A stretch of 64,000 nt of DNA from an uncultured Alphaproteobacteria bacterium (GCA_944389265.1 CALXLS010000005.1:22076-86075), one strand, 5' to 3'. Counted from the first letter of the stretch, positions 19,901 to 29,270 are shown. Translations and numbers: made by a program. Notes: a model not told the origin generated them from the sequence alone.

Positions 19901-20208
19901 TCACCGGAAACGACTTCATAGTCGTCCTGAGCGTGCCAGTACCCATCGGGACATCTACATGCCAGAGAAGTATTGTTTGCAGATGTTGTTGATTGCCAAC
20001 CACTGCCACTAGGACATTGTACACAGGCGTTCCCTACGTCTGTTCCGTTTAGGTAATAATTGGCATTACACGACGTGTATTTCTTTAAACTAGGACATGT
20101 ATATCCCGCAGCAAACGCATTGCCGACAAAAAATACCATGAATAAAGATGCCAAAAAACCAAGGAAATTGTGTCTTTTTCCCATATCTTCCCCTCTTTTG
20201 TATATCAT
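13996..20208 (-). CDS. giant secreted cysteine-rich repeat surface protein (ephrin-receptor-like/furin-like Cys modules plus Listeria-Bacteroides-type repeats)
   Basis: 2070-aa ORF. N-terminal signal/TM FLGFLASLFMVFFVGNAFA. Dozens of C-x2-C-P-x-G-x-Y-C modules. At least four ~75-aa repeats of the form YT(I/V)xL(D/N)KNGG...GY(T/S)FxGW...(L/M)YAxW. Confidence 0.8.
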   Translation of the reverse strand: MIYKRGEDMGKRHNFLGFLASLFMVFFVGNAFAAGYTCPSLKKYTSCNANYYLNGTDVGNACVQCPSGSGWQSTTSANNTSLACRCPDGYWHAQDDYEVVSGETCVLASVTCSAGTYLKANATSCTACPAGSYCKGGTFTPSSSDQGINTCPSSYPNSATSSDAITDCYSNTKQRAWTGSQTSCTKPSNCASVQCNTCSNPSCEYVAYSNSAGTGDGTIKSGCSTNNASCQQTIKSVTANSGYYVNGAACPQCPSGYRDGTGASSINECVGEFTKTGTQQPPATPSGCSSITTGTCSPGSCTYTKKYSGTIVSDCTPNNCNKPITGVTASANHYSSGITCPACESGYSSPAGATSATQCTKSCTVACKKPTCPEHSATCNFGSETASGTMNQVTTTCSATAPTCSMTFTCETGYQKSGDTCIPNTYEVSYSCGTGSGNAPGGTSQQYGGSYVIASNTCSKPGYTFAGWNDGSTIKQPGQITWTYTKDITFTAQWTACSMNTDGAGTCGCSATQYPNGSGCSNCSVSCSSVSGFTKGTYDVCKSQTNSICYRDCTTSDVPNASAVTGTVTKGGTKTCAATQCKEDYYISGSGCAACVPNATCPGGGETFECNPGYHLSTDGRSCEPDEYTITLNKNGGTGSINGSSGTANATQKCKHGVLCDLPSSGLTKTGYSFTGWGESSGCTSGVYQTTFTSAKTMYACWSQQTTQCQAGKYYNGTSHVDCPSGSFCPGTGFANIGQAGCSTTCPSGYNGSDTGSTAATGCYKTCGGKTITGGTATVVSAKVYYNGSSYPACTYNVNCNPGYVASGNGTANATCNKCQDGVNCPGGSEETEPEECPEGSYCEEGIEHECPAGGTSEAGSGDITDCYKTCPPTLDIENGQGVSTGNQYYDGSKYPECQYRAECNENYVPENSPSTNPSCVWGDPNECPAGSYCPEDGSGPITCPDGGTSERGATYVTECYKVFDPYSGFQNGVASAKCFYIEGSKKYERCSILEVKSCKAGYWYSTPNAFLCSGVTSGYYSPENDTDQTACPVDPNGSKVESSEYADNFTDCYKECKIEIPNSTSIAAKENTVYGISASAYAACSFAVTCETGYTVQSNNTEKPSCKANEYTITLDKNGGAGSVAASVKCTFNSGSCQLPATTGLTRAGYTVVAKWCSDKNGGSPCYDAGTSIATNISATGVDTTLYAVWTPNVYTVNLDNTGSDVPGEPSTVYLKYATGWFSNSGATTSISKMTKLPTKSSYELAGYYSASTGGTQIINANGEFQTSEEALTMTTKSPATIYVRWAAGKTTCQPGTYYPGTGTQCTQCPANNYCPGGSFATDSGHAEGMNVCPEQGSSPSGTDSVTKCYKTKLPYTATHGSGTQTCQYNQTSSDYSAQCTDKVINICDAGYYLADAGAETPDCEVVGKGYYSDGSGTSRTQCPSSGLTETDTSTMVQNCYKENLPYTAIYGTGTQRCFYSSGTGADAIYQRDCDTKVINSCRGGYWLEESSDTDCSPVTQNFYSDPDDIERHECPNNGKTESDIADSISLCYKDGLPYTEALHGTGEYLCYYTSGEGTSAIYASSCETPTMTSCDAGYYYDKIKKVDDCIEAGIGYYSPAVNTSRFQCPQNGITATKTSSAITECFREDIVCPIANGSGEKTCHYNESDSDYTASCQTCTVVSCDEGYSQVDNTCINCPAGSVCEEGEQKTCSSLTGGQYPESDAGTTDVAMCYKDCAIAENAAAMSGRDYYQAPDTCKIARCLAGYTLENGICTECPEGSFCDGETDPDEPGSDVKSCADLGDGSWEFSLPGAKDESGCYQKCEEYKVENGTAVPVNDKAFYPNECEFKGVSDTGNPCEIVDDVCVEISCNGGYEMINGKCEPCDVEFALSYKETGVCQVATCVLGYHPNGRACEKDITECSAPNAIYAEQKWDYNLNAFGPCMIKECESEYHLASNACVSDIQPCTVENGIGFKEWNHASKNWGKCIATSCDPGYTNDPSETNERTKQCGECKNKYSVLGQLAASSYVQGCEIAACLYQGELYNLDNNECVPICPQEEYEDETGTMVWDQAKKKCVRTCKEGYTMW

Positions 20209-20309
20209 CTTAGAAAAAATAGTATATATCGTGCAAGAGAAAAAATAAAATTAAAGCAATAAAATAAAAAAATAATAAAAAAATACACGCAAATGCGTGC
20301 ATATTTTGT

Positions 20310-20387
20310 GGTGGGTTAGGTAGGACTTGAACCCACGACCAAAGCGTTATGAGCGCTCCGCTCTAACCAACTGAGCTACTAACCCAC
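20310..20387 (-). tRNA. tRNA with CAU anticodon (Met or lysidine-type Ile2)
   Basis: Cloverleaf derived by hand: acceptor GUGGGUU/AACCCAC, anticodon loop CUCAUAA, T-loop GGUUCAAGUCC. Anticodon stem and T-arm resemble tRNA-Ile2 more than elongator Met. No encoded CCA. Confidence 0.75.
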
Positions 20388-20417
20388 GGCGAGCATTATA
20401 TATGTATTTTAAAATAT

Positions 20418-21752
20418 ATGCAAGTGATTTTTATTATATGCTTTATTTTTATTTTTAACTATGACAATATTATTTTTATGACAGTAAATATATCTATCTT
20501 AAACGATGTACAGATGTCTGCGTTTAATACAATAGAACGCACTAATTCAAATGTTTTAATTTTGGGGCAGGCAGGAACAGGAAAGTCTACTTTTATAAAT
20601 TATATGAAATCTGCATCAAAAAAACGAATAATATGTGCTTGTCCGACGGCTGTATCTGCATTAAATGTTGGTGGGCAGACGATTCATTCTTTATTTCAAA
20701 TTCAACCACGTGATTTTATAATGCCAGAACTTTTGAAATTAAAAGCAAAACCACGGAATATATTAAATGCTGCGGACGTATTAGTAATAGACGAAATATC
20801 TATGGTTGCCCCGGATTTGTTGGACGCTATAGATATTCTGGCGCGAAGTGCGCGACATAATAATGCACCTTTTGGTGGATTGCAAGTTGTTGCAATTGGG
20901 GATTTGTTTCAACTGCCACCCGTTATTACTCGTGAAGCGATGGAGTATTATCAACAAGCATATGAACATACTAACGCATATTTTTTTGATAGTAATGTAT
21001 ATAAACGGGCTAATTTTTTAAGATATGATTTTGATTTAGTATATCGTCAATCTGATACTGGGTTGTTAGAGAATTTAAAAAGATTACGTGGTAATGATTT
21101 ATCTGCATTAGATTTTTTTAATTGCTGCAAAATAGAAGATGAATATAAAAGAGAAAATGCTGTTATAATTACACCATTTCGTGCAGTTGCAGAGCGCATA
21201 AATTCAGATAGATTAGCACAAATTAATGCGCCAGAAGTTGCTTATAATGGTGAATTGACCGGTACATTTCAAGAACGTGATACGCCTGCACCAATGAGTT
21301 TGATATTAAAGGTTGGTGCTTTGGTAGTTTTTGTAAAAAACGGAGATAAATGGCATAATGGCTCTATGGGTATTGTTAGAAATTTAGGTAGTAAAGAAAT
21401 ACAAGTTGAATTACTAAATTTATCTCATGATGTTGTTTCTGTAAAACCAGAAAAGTGGGCTAAGATAGAATATGTGCGTGACGAAAATGATAGATTAATT
21501 GAAAATGAAGTGGGCAGTTTTAAACAGTTCCCGTTAAATCTTGGTTATGCTATGACGATACATAAAGCACAAGGCAAAACATTGGATGCGGTAATTGTTG
21601 ATATATCACGTGGGGCATTTGCGCATGGGCAAACTTATGTTGCTTTATCGCGTACTAGAAACGCATCAGATATGCATATATCTGTTCCTCTAAGACCAAA
21701 AGATATTATTTTTGATAATCGTGTTTTGGATTTTGTTGGCGAAGTTCTTTAA
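20418..21752 (+). CDS. Pif1/RecD-family (SF1B) DNA helicase, second copy. Likely true start at ATG 20478.
   Basis: Walker A GQAGTGKST, Walker B VLVIDEISM, TIHKAQGKTLD motif. The first 20 codons are a hydrophobic low-complexity read-through. Confidence 0.7.
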   Translation: MQVIFIICFIFIFNYDNIIFMTVNISILNDVQMSAFNTIERTNSNVLILGQAGTGKSTFINYMKSASKKRIICACPTAVSALNVGGQTIHSLFQIQPRDFIMPELLKLKAKPRNILNAADVLVIDEISMVAPDLLDAIDILARSARHNNAPFGGLQVVAIGDLFQLPPVITREAMEYYQQAYEHTNAYFFDSNVYKRANFLRYDFDLVYRQSDTGLLENLKRLRGNDLSALDFFNCCKIEDEYKRENAVIITPFRAVAERINSDRLAQINAPEVAYNGELTGTFQERDTPAPMSLILKVGALVVFVKNGDKWHNGSMGIVRNLGSKEIQVELLNLSHDVVSVKPEKWAKIEYVRDENDRLIENEVGSFKQFPLNLGYAMTIHKAQGKTLDAVIVDISRGAFAHGQTYVALSRTRNASDMHISVPLRPKDIIFDNRVLDFVGEVL

Positions 21753-22791
21753 GCATAATTTTATAAAAAGCATCGCCATTTGCTTTTAGTTCTTCAAAGT
21801 TTACACCGTTACCAGATGTTAGTTCTGATATGTTCGGCATTTTACCACCTTGTAAAGAATGTTTCGCACCGTTTATTAGCGCATTTCTTTCTGCAGTAAA
21901 AATAATTTTACCGTCTTCTGTTAAAAATTCATCTGTGCCTTCGTCTTTTAATAGTCCTCTATGATCATGTTCTTGAAACTTTTGTACTTTCAAATGTCCC
22001 CCGACAAAGATGTTTCCATAAGGTCTTTTAAAGAAACAAGGTATAACATCAGCAGAATTATCATAAATATATTCTGACATTTTATTATGATGATCCATCA
22101 TAGTGTCTTCCGCAGAAGCAAAAGATAGTGTCAGAAAATTATTTTTATCTAATGGTGCAATAGGGCTATGTTGTACAACTAGCAGATTTTGTTCGACATC
22201 TTTTACTTCTTGAATAGAGTAGCCTAATTTTAGCATTTTTTCGTGCATCAAATGCCCAATTTGCCAAATTGTTGCAGCACCGTGACAGTGTGCATAAAAT
22301 TTTATTTTACCTATACGAAATTTTGCTTCTTTTGCTGACAACTTTTTCCCATTTGAATCAGAAATTCTAGGTAATAACAAAATATCAAATAGTTTTTTTA
22401 CATAATTTGGTACAGGTTCTTTATCTTGCATTAATTTAAGCATACGTTCATTTTGAACCTTTATATATGCATTATCAAAAGAGTTTATTTTTCTGCCTGC
22501 TTTTTTAAATAGGTTTATTCTTTCCAGTTTAGAATCAGAAGTACCAAAATCATATATTACAGAATAAATGTTAATACCAGAAATACCATTCTCTTCAAAT
22601 ACTATTTCTAACATCTTTGCATAAGAGTTCGCACCTCTATCAGAATCTGTTAATTCACCGCCAAAAGCAACGACAACTGGTATATCTACCGGCACAGAAT
22701 CTACACGTTCACAAGAAAATTCTGCATAATTGCTTGCGGGGATTCGTTTAATCAAGTGCGCATCAGTTGGCAGGTATGCATATTCAATCAT
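21706..22791 (-). CDS. hypothetical 361-aa protein, convergent with and overlapping the 3' end of the Pif1-like gene
   Basis: ORF only. Possible hydrolase-like AHCHGAA segment. Cannot assign. Confidence 0.4.
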   Translation of the reverse strand: MIEYAYLPTDAHLIKRIPASNYAEFSCERVDSVPVDIPVVVAFGGELTDSDRGANSYAKMLEIVFEENGISGINIYSVIYDFGTSDSKLERINLFKKAGRKINSFDNAYIKVQNERMLKLMQDKEPVPNYVKKLFDILLLPRISDSNGKKLSAKEAKFRIGKIKFYAHCHGAATIWQIGHLMHEKMLKLGYSIQEVKDVEQNLLVVQHSPIAPLDKNNFLTLSFASAEDTMMDHHNKMSEYIYDNSADVIPCFFKRPYGNIFVGGHLKVQKFQEHDHRGLLKDEGTDEFLTEDGKIIFTAERNALINGAKHSLQGGKMPNISELTSGNGVNFEELKANGDAFYKIMLKELRQQNPKHDYQK

Positions 22792-23174
22792 AAAACTTTC
22801 TCCATCATAATAGCATCTATACCGTCATAATATTTAGGGCGAATACCTATTTGCGAATACCCATTTGTTTCATATAGCCTGCGTGCAGGTATATTATTTT
22901 CTGCAACCTCTAAAAAGATTTTTTTACCACCGCGCTTTTTAACATCACTTTCAACCAAGGTCAGCATAGCACATGCTATACCGTTTTTTCTAGCGTCTGG
23001 GTGGACCCCGATTGTAATTATTTCTGCTTCGTCTGCAACAACGCGCCAAACGATGAAACCGTTTTGACTTGCTATAATGTCACAACCAGATTTTTTTAAG
23101 TCTGCAAAATCAGAAGCAGACCATGGCTTATTAGGGAAACAAGATTTATGAAGATTTTCTAGTTCTGTGTACAT
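22788..23174 (-). CDS. rimI: GNAT N-acetyltransferase, RimI-like
   Basis: GVHPDARKNGIACAML...RRLYETNGY acetyl-CoA binding motifs. Classic tsaB-rimI arrangement. Confidence 0.65.
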   Translation of the reverse strand: MYTELENLHKSCFPNKPWSASDFADLKKSGCDIIASQNGFIVWRVVADEAEIITIGVHPDARKNGIACAMLTLVESDVKKRGGKKIFLEVAENNIPARRLYETNGYSQIGIRPKYYDGIDAIMMEKVL

Positions 23175-23710
23175 TTAGAGTTTTGTTCCGCATAACTTGG
23201 TCTTAGATACATAGGTACAGCAGGTTGAAAATCTTTGTTTTCTATTTTTGTTTTTACAACAGATAAAGCGTTGCGCAAATCAAAAGGTTTATGCCCGACA
23301 GTTCTTGCCCATTCCATTTGTTTTGTTTCGATTTCGTCAATATTCATAGTGCAGGGGGCTAAACCATTTGCAGCAACAAAAAAGTCGCCTTTGCCAGAAT
23401 CAATTGCCACAAAAGCATCTGGTGTCGCAGCAAGATAAATTTCAAACGCATTTACTGGTATGACGGGTATGTTTAGCCCCATACCAAGTCCTTTTGCATA
23501 TGCAATACCAAGTCTAATGCCCGTAAAACTACCTGGACCTACGACAACACCTATTGCAGAAATGCCGGACCATTTTACGCCAGATTCTTTTAAGAAATTT
23601 TCTGTTTCGATAGGTAAGGACAAAGATTGTTTTTCTGTTTCAACTTTTTTATATTTATCATCTAATAAAAATTCTAAATCTTTACTAGATGTATTAATTA
23701 TGAAAATCAT
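23159..23710 (-). CDS. tsaB: tRNA threonylcarbamoyladenosine biosynthesis protein TsaB (YeaZ)
   Basis: SAIGVVVGPGSFTGIRLGIAYAKGLGMGLNIPVIPVNAFE is the YeaZ signature. Confidence 0.75.
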   Translation of the reverse strand: MIFIINTSSKDLEFLLDDKYKKVETEKQSLSLPIETENFLKESGVKWSGISAIGVVVGPGSFTGIRLGIAYAKGLGMGLNIPVIPVNAFEIYLAATPDAFVAIDSGKGDFFVAANGLAPCTMNIDEIETKQMEWARTVGHKPFDLRNALSVVKTKIENKDFQPAVPMYLRPSYAEQNSKCTQN

Positions 23711-23725
23711 CTTTTTACCTTATTT

Positions 23726-25483
23726 TTAAGCACGAACACCAAAGCCTATGCGTTTTGCAATAGAGGCAGATTTTCTTACAGATAAAAGTTCATCTATTTT
23801 TTGTGGTGTAAATTCTGTCTTTACGTCTTCCCCATCATGTTCAAGTAAGGAGCGGCGTAAAATTGCGGTAATTTCGCGTTGTAATTCACGCACACCTTGT
23901 TCAGAAGTATAATTTCTAATCAAATGCCGCAAAGCATCATCGCTTATTATAATATTGTTCATGTCCCAACCTGTGTCATGTGCAGCACGTTCGATTAAAT
24001 GTTCACGAGCAATTTGTACTTTTTCGTCTTCACTATAACCAGGGATTTCTATTATTTCCATACGGTCTTTCAAAGCATTAGACATATTCAAACTATTCGC
24101 AGTTGCAATGAATAGAACGTTAGACAAATCGAAGTCAACTTCCAAATAGTGGTCGCGGAAAGACTTGTTTTGTTCTGGGTCTAATATTTCCAACAGGGCA
24201 GATTCAGGGTCGCCGCGCCAGTCACGTCCCATCTTATCAATTTCGTCTAATACGATAACAGGGTTGTTCGCTTTACAACGTTTCAGTGCATCCATAATAC
24301 GACCTGTTTGTGCACCTATATAAGTTTTTCTGTGCCCCCTGAAATGCGCTTCATCAGAAATTCCACCTAACGAAATTCTGTGATATTTGCGACCAAGTGC
24401 CTCGGCAATAGATTTGCATAAAGAAGTCTTGCCAACACCTGGGGCACCAACAAAACATAATATGCTGCCTTGATTGCCTCCTGTCTTTTTCATTACGGCA
24501 ATATGTTCAAGTATGCGTTCTTTAACACCCTGCATACCAGAATGTTGTGAATCCAAAACTTTTCGTGCAGTTTTCAAATCTATTGATACTTTGTCTGACT
24601 TGTTCCATGGCATGGCAAGCAATTCATCCAAATAAGTTTTCAGTAAGCCGCCTTCATTAGACATTGGTGACATACTGCGCATGCGTTTCCATTCAGAAAG
24701 TGCCTTTTCTTTTGCTTCTGCGGACATGCTGGAACGTTCTATGCGTTTGCGGATGTTTTCTGTATCCATTTCTTCGCTGTCTTCACCCATTTCGCGCTGA
24801 ATAGCACGCATTTTTTCTTGAAGGATTGCTTCACGGCGACCATTTTCCATTTGTTGATGAATACGGCGATTAATAGAATCTTCTATTTTTGCAGTTTCTG
24901 CCATCAAGTTAATTTGTTCTAATAAAATCATTAACTTTTCACGCCAAGATGGAGCCTGTAATATTTTAACTGCATCTTCTGTTTCTATACCAGTAGTTTG
25001 TATAACCGAGTCAATAAAAGCGGGCAGAGGATAATTTTGTATTATTGTACGTAATTTATCAATTTTGAATTTCTTAGCGATTGATAAAACCTGTACATTT
25101 TCTGCAATTTTATCACGTAATGCCAATGTTTGTTCAAGAGTAGCGTCATCAAGCATTTCTATTGGTGCCACATTCGCAGTAAACAATCCGTCTTCTACGC
25201 TAACATCTGTCAATTTTACAGCGTCTGTTGTGCGAATTATTGCATGTAAAGCCCCGTCCGGCATACGCAGAACTTGCGCGATATCACCGATTGTGCCGAT
25301 GTCATATATATCATCAGGTTCGCAAGGATAGCCCCAACTGTGCTGAGCAGTTATAACAATTTTCTGACCTGCATTAGTTGCTGCTTCTATACAAGCAACT
25401 GACATAGGATTGTCTATATAAACAGGTACTGTTAAACCTGGATGAACTACTAAATCTCTAAAGGGTAAAATATATTGTTTCAT
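23726..25483 (-). CDS. lon: Lon-like ATPase (Lon N-domain + AAA+ module) lacking the C-terminal serine-protease domain
   Basis: N-terminal LON domain. AAA+ module ILCFVGAPGVGKTS...VLDEIDKM...GDPESALLEILDPEQN is near-identical to E. coli Lon. The ORF stops at the point where the protease domain would begin, 15 nt before tsaB. Confidence 0.7.
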   Translation of the reverse strand: MKQYILPFRDLVVHPGLTVPVYIDNPMSVACIEAATNAGQKIVITAQHSWGYPCEPDDIYDIGTIGDIAQVLRMPDGALHAIIRTTDAVKLTDVSVEDGLFTANVAPIEMLDDATLEQTLALRDKIAENVQVLSIAKKFKIDKLRTIIQNYPLPAFIDSVIQTTGIETEDAVKILQAPSWREKLMILLEQINLMAETAKIEDSINRRIHQQMENGRREAILQEKMRAIQREMGEDSEEMDTENIRKRIERSSMSAEAKEKALSEWKRMRSMSPMSNEGGLLKTYLDELLAMPWNKSDKVSIDLKTARKVLDSQHSGMQGVKERILEHIAVMKKTGGNQGSILCFVGAPGVGKTSLCKSIAEALGRKYHRISLGGISDEAHFRGHRKTYIGAQTGRIMDALKRCKANNPVIVLDEIDKMGRDWRGDPESALLEILDPEQNKSFRDHYLEVDFDLSNVLFIATANSLNMSNALKDRMEIIEIPGYSEDEKVQIAREHLIERAAHDTGWDMNNIIISDDALRHLIRNYTSEQGVRELQREITAILRRSLLEHDGEDVKTEFTPQKIDELLSVRKSASIAKRIGFGVRA

Positions 25484-25576
25484 AGTGATTTAAATATAAG
25501 ATATTTTTATAACTTTTCAAGGACTATAAAAAAATCCCCAATATTGGGGACTTTTAAAGGATTTTTCCCAATACCA

Positions 25577-25807
25577 TTAACGACGACGAGAACTAAAACC
25601 ATTGTATTGAGCGTTATTGCTGGAGCGTTTTGATAAATAACGTGCAGAAATCAAAACCAACCATTCAAAAGACAATAACCCCAAATACATTAGTTTATTT
25701 TCGATACCTGGAACCCAACCCAAAATATAAACCAATTGAGCGATGAAAGAAAGGTATAGAATTCCGAAAATACCTGTAAAGAATATCTTTTTTATTTTTC
25801 CAAACAT
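25577..25807 (-). CDS. small membrane protein (2 TM), hypothetical
   Basis: 76-aa ORF with two hydrophobic helices and a basic tail. Confidence 0.3.
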   Translation of the reverse strand: MFGKIKKIFFTGIFGILYLSFIAQLVYILGWVPGIENKLMYLGLLSFEWLVLISARYLSKRSSNNAQYNGFSSRRR

Positions 25808-25834
25808 ATTTTATTCCCTTTTTCTTAAAATTAT

Positions 25835-26165
25835 AAAAGCTGGGTTTCTGTTGCCGGGCACCCAGCAGCCCCGCAATAGGCTAAAGTGGATATAATTAAC
25901 AATTGCCAACTATATCCTGTGCCGTATTAGGCAGCCATTGCAAGGCGAACATTGTCGTTCGCAGCGATTCTATCGCCATTCAGTTTTTAGTTGGTCTTTT
26001 ACGACACCACGTCGGATTCAGCCAGTTTGCCTTTACTGCGCCTGTCGAAACTATGTCAGCCCCGTATGTATTATTGGTGGAGCTGTGGGGTACCGCCCCC
26101 CAGTCCAAAACGACTATTCCGCAACGGTTTCAGAATCATCATCGCTTATGCGACAGGAATTATTA
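25835..26165 (-). ncRNA. ssrA: tmRNA (ssrA), circularly permuted two-piece form
   Basis: Minus-strand RNA contains GGACUGGGGGGCGGUACCCCACAGCUCCACCA (T-arm, 3' acceptor strand, CCA). After 11 nt comes GGGGCUGACAUAGUUUCGACAGG, which is the tmRNA 5' acceptor strand. The tag ORF GCU GCG AAC GAC AAU GUU CGC CUU GCA AUG GCU GCC UAA encodes AANDNVRLAMAA-stop. 3' terminator hairpin at 25839-25866. Confidence 0.75.
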
Positions 26166-26199
26166 TATAATATTTACGGTGGAAATTGCAAGTTTTTAA

Positions 26200-27715
<1,516 letters not shown>

Positions 27716-27798
27716 GTAGTCAAAGATTTGCTTTTTACAGTTTTATCTGTTAAGATTTTTGGCATAATCACAAAATAACCCATAAAGGAGAATAAAAA

Positions 27799-28425
27799 AT
27801 GGCATTGTCATTAAAGGGCACTCAGACAGAAAAGAACCTGTTAATTGCATTTGCAGGTGAATCTCAGGCTCGTAATCGTTATAGTTTCTTTGCTTCCAAA
27901 GCAAAAGACGAAGGTTATCAAGCAATTTCAAAAATCTTTTTGGAAACTGCTGAACAAGAACGTGAACATGCTTCTCGTTTGTTTAAGTTTTTAGAAGGTG
28001 GTGATTTGGAAATTACCGCTTCATATCCAGCAGGTAAAATCGGTACAACTTTGGAAAATTTGCAGGCAGCGGCATTCGGTGAACATGAAGAAAACACAGT
28101 AATGTACCCAAAGTTTGCACAAATTGCGGCGCAAGAAGGTTTCGATTCAATCGCGGAAGTTTTGAAAAATATCGGTTATGCAGAACGCTATCACGAATCA
28201 CGTTATCGTGCTTTGATTGATGCAATTGAATCTGGTACATTATTCAAACAGGACAAGATTGTTATGTGGCGTTGCACAAATTGCGGTATGTGGCACATTG
28301 GAACAGAAGCCCCAAAAGTATGCCCTGCATGCTTGCATCCACAGGGATATTTCATCAGTGAAGGTACAATATCTCGCTGTGATACAAATGAAGGTTTCTG
28401 CGAATATGCAAAAATCGATGACTAA
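27799..28425 (+). CDS. rbr: rubrerythrin (diiron domain + C-terminal rubredoxin-like CxxC-x12-CxxC)
   Basis: ExxH ferritin-like motifs (EQEREHASR, ERYHESRYR) and CTNCGM...CPAC tail. SD ggag 8 nt upstream. Confidence 0.75.
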   Translation: MALSLKGTQTEKNLLIAFAGESQARNRYSFFASKAKDEGYQAISKIFLETAEQEREHASRLFKFLEGGDLEITASYPAGKIGTTLENLQAAAFGEHEENTVMYPKFAQIAAQEGFDSIAEVLKNIGYAERYHESRYRALIDAIESGTLFKQDKIVMWRCTNCGMWHIGTEAPKVCPACLHPQGYFISEGTISRCDTNEGFCEYAKIDD

Positions 28426-28444
28426 TATAATTTAGTTGATAAAA

Positions 28445-28471
28445 ACGGGGACAGGGTCCTCGTTTTTTTTG
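28445..28471 (+). terminator. rho-independent terminator
   Basis: acggggac-agg-gtcctcgt followed by 8 T. Confidence 0.6.
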
Positions 28472-28574
28472 TTGTTGAAATAGGATTAATTTGCTAGGTT
28501 GAAATAGAACCCTTATTTATTGTTAGTTATTTTGCGAATAAGATTTATTTATAAATAAAAAGAAAGGAAAAGAA

Positions 28575-29258
28575 ATGAAGAAAATAATTCTTACAAGTAT
28601 TGTTGGGTTGTCATTTGCCGCATCTGCAAATGCAGGTGTTATCGGTTGGGATAATCAATATGTGACAGCTGGAATATCTGGGGGCTTAGGTTCTGGAAGT
28701 TTTATGGTTGGTTCTGAAGAATATGGTTGGAGTATGGCCACTGATTTGGATAAGAACTTTTTTGGTGCCAACATTGGTTATGGTGCATATTTGCAGGATA
28801 ATATACGTGCAGAATTTGATTTTGAATATAAAGGGATAGAATCAAAAGTAAACGATAATCTTAATAAATTTATTGAGGAAAATGGAGATGAAAGTAATCC
28901 AAATCGTGATTCTTTATTCTTAGTATCTGCGAACTTATTTGCTGATATTGACATGGGGTATAAAATTGTACCTTACTTTGGTTTTGGTATTGGTGCAGGA
29001 TATTTGTCATCTACAGTAGATAAAACATTTATGATAGAAAAAGATTTAGATTTGTCTAATTTTGCTTATACAACCAGTTTTATGTTGGGGTTGTCTTATA
29101 AGATATCTGATTCATGGATAGCAGGTTTAGAATACAAAAATACAAATTTATATGGAAAGTTTGAAGAAAGTATTGGCGATGAAGACGGAGCCATGGAGTT
29201 TAAGTATAAAGATTCTATGTTGCACGAATTTAAGTTGTCAGTACGATATGCTTTCTAA
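28575..29258 (+). CDS. outer-membrane beta-barrel protein (OmpA-like/Opa-like small porin family)
   Basis: Signal peptide MKKIILTSIVGLSFAASANA. Alternating amphipathic beta-strands. Terminal aromatic (...SVRYAF). Confidence 0.55.
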   Translation: MKKIILTSIVGLSFAASANAGVIGWDNQYVTAGISGGLGSGSFMVGSEEYGWSMATDLDKNFFGANIGYGAYLQDNIRAEFDFEYKGIESKVNDNLNKFIEENGDESNPNRDSLFLVSANLFADIDMGYKIVPYFGFGIGAGYLSSTVDKTFMIEKDLDLSNFAYTTSFMLGLSYKISDSWIAGLEYKNTNLYGKFEESIGDEDGAMEFKYKDSMLHEFKLSVRYAF

Positions 29259-29270
29259 AGCAAAATGTTA

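Noticed and set aside
14151-20012. Many 60-90-aa ORFs on the plus strand inside the giant gene (e.g. 14151-14339, 15271-15513, 18364-18618)
   Set aside because: They are antisense to a continuous 2070-aa ORF with strong repeat structure. Their products are low-complexity (Cys/Leu/Phe-rich) translations of the repeat DNA, with no start context.
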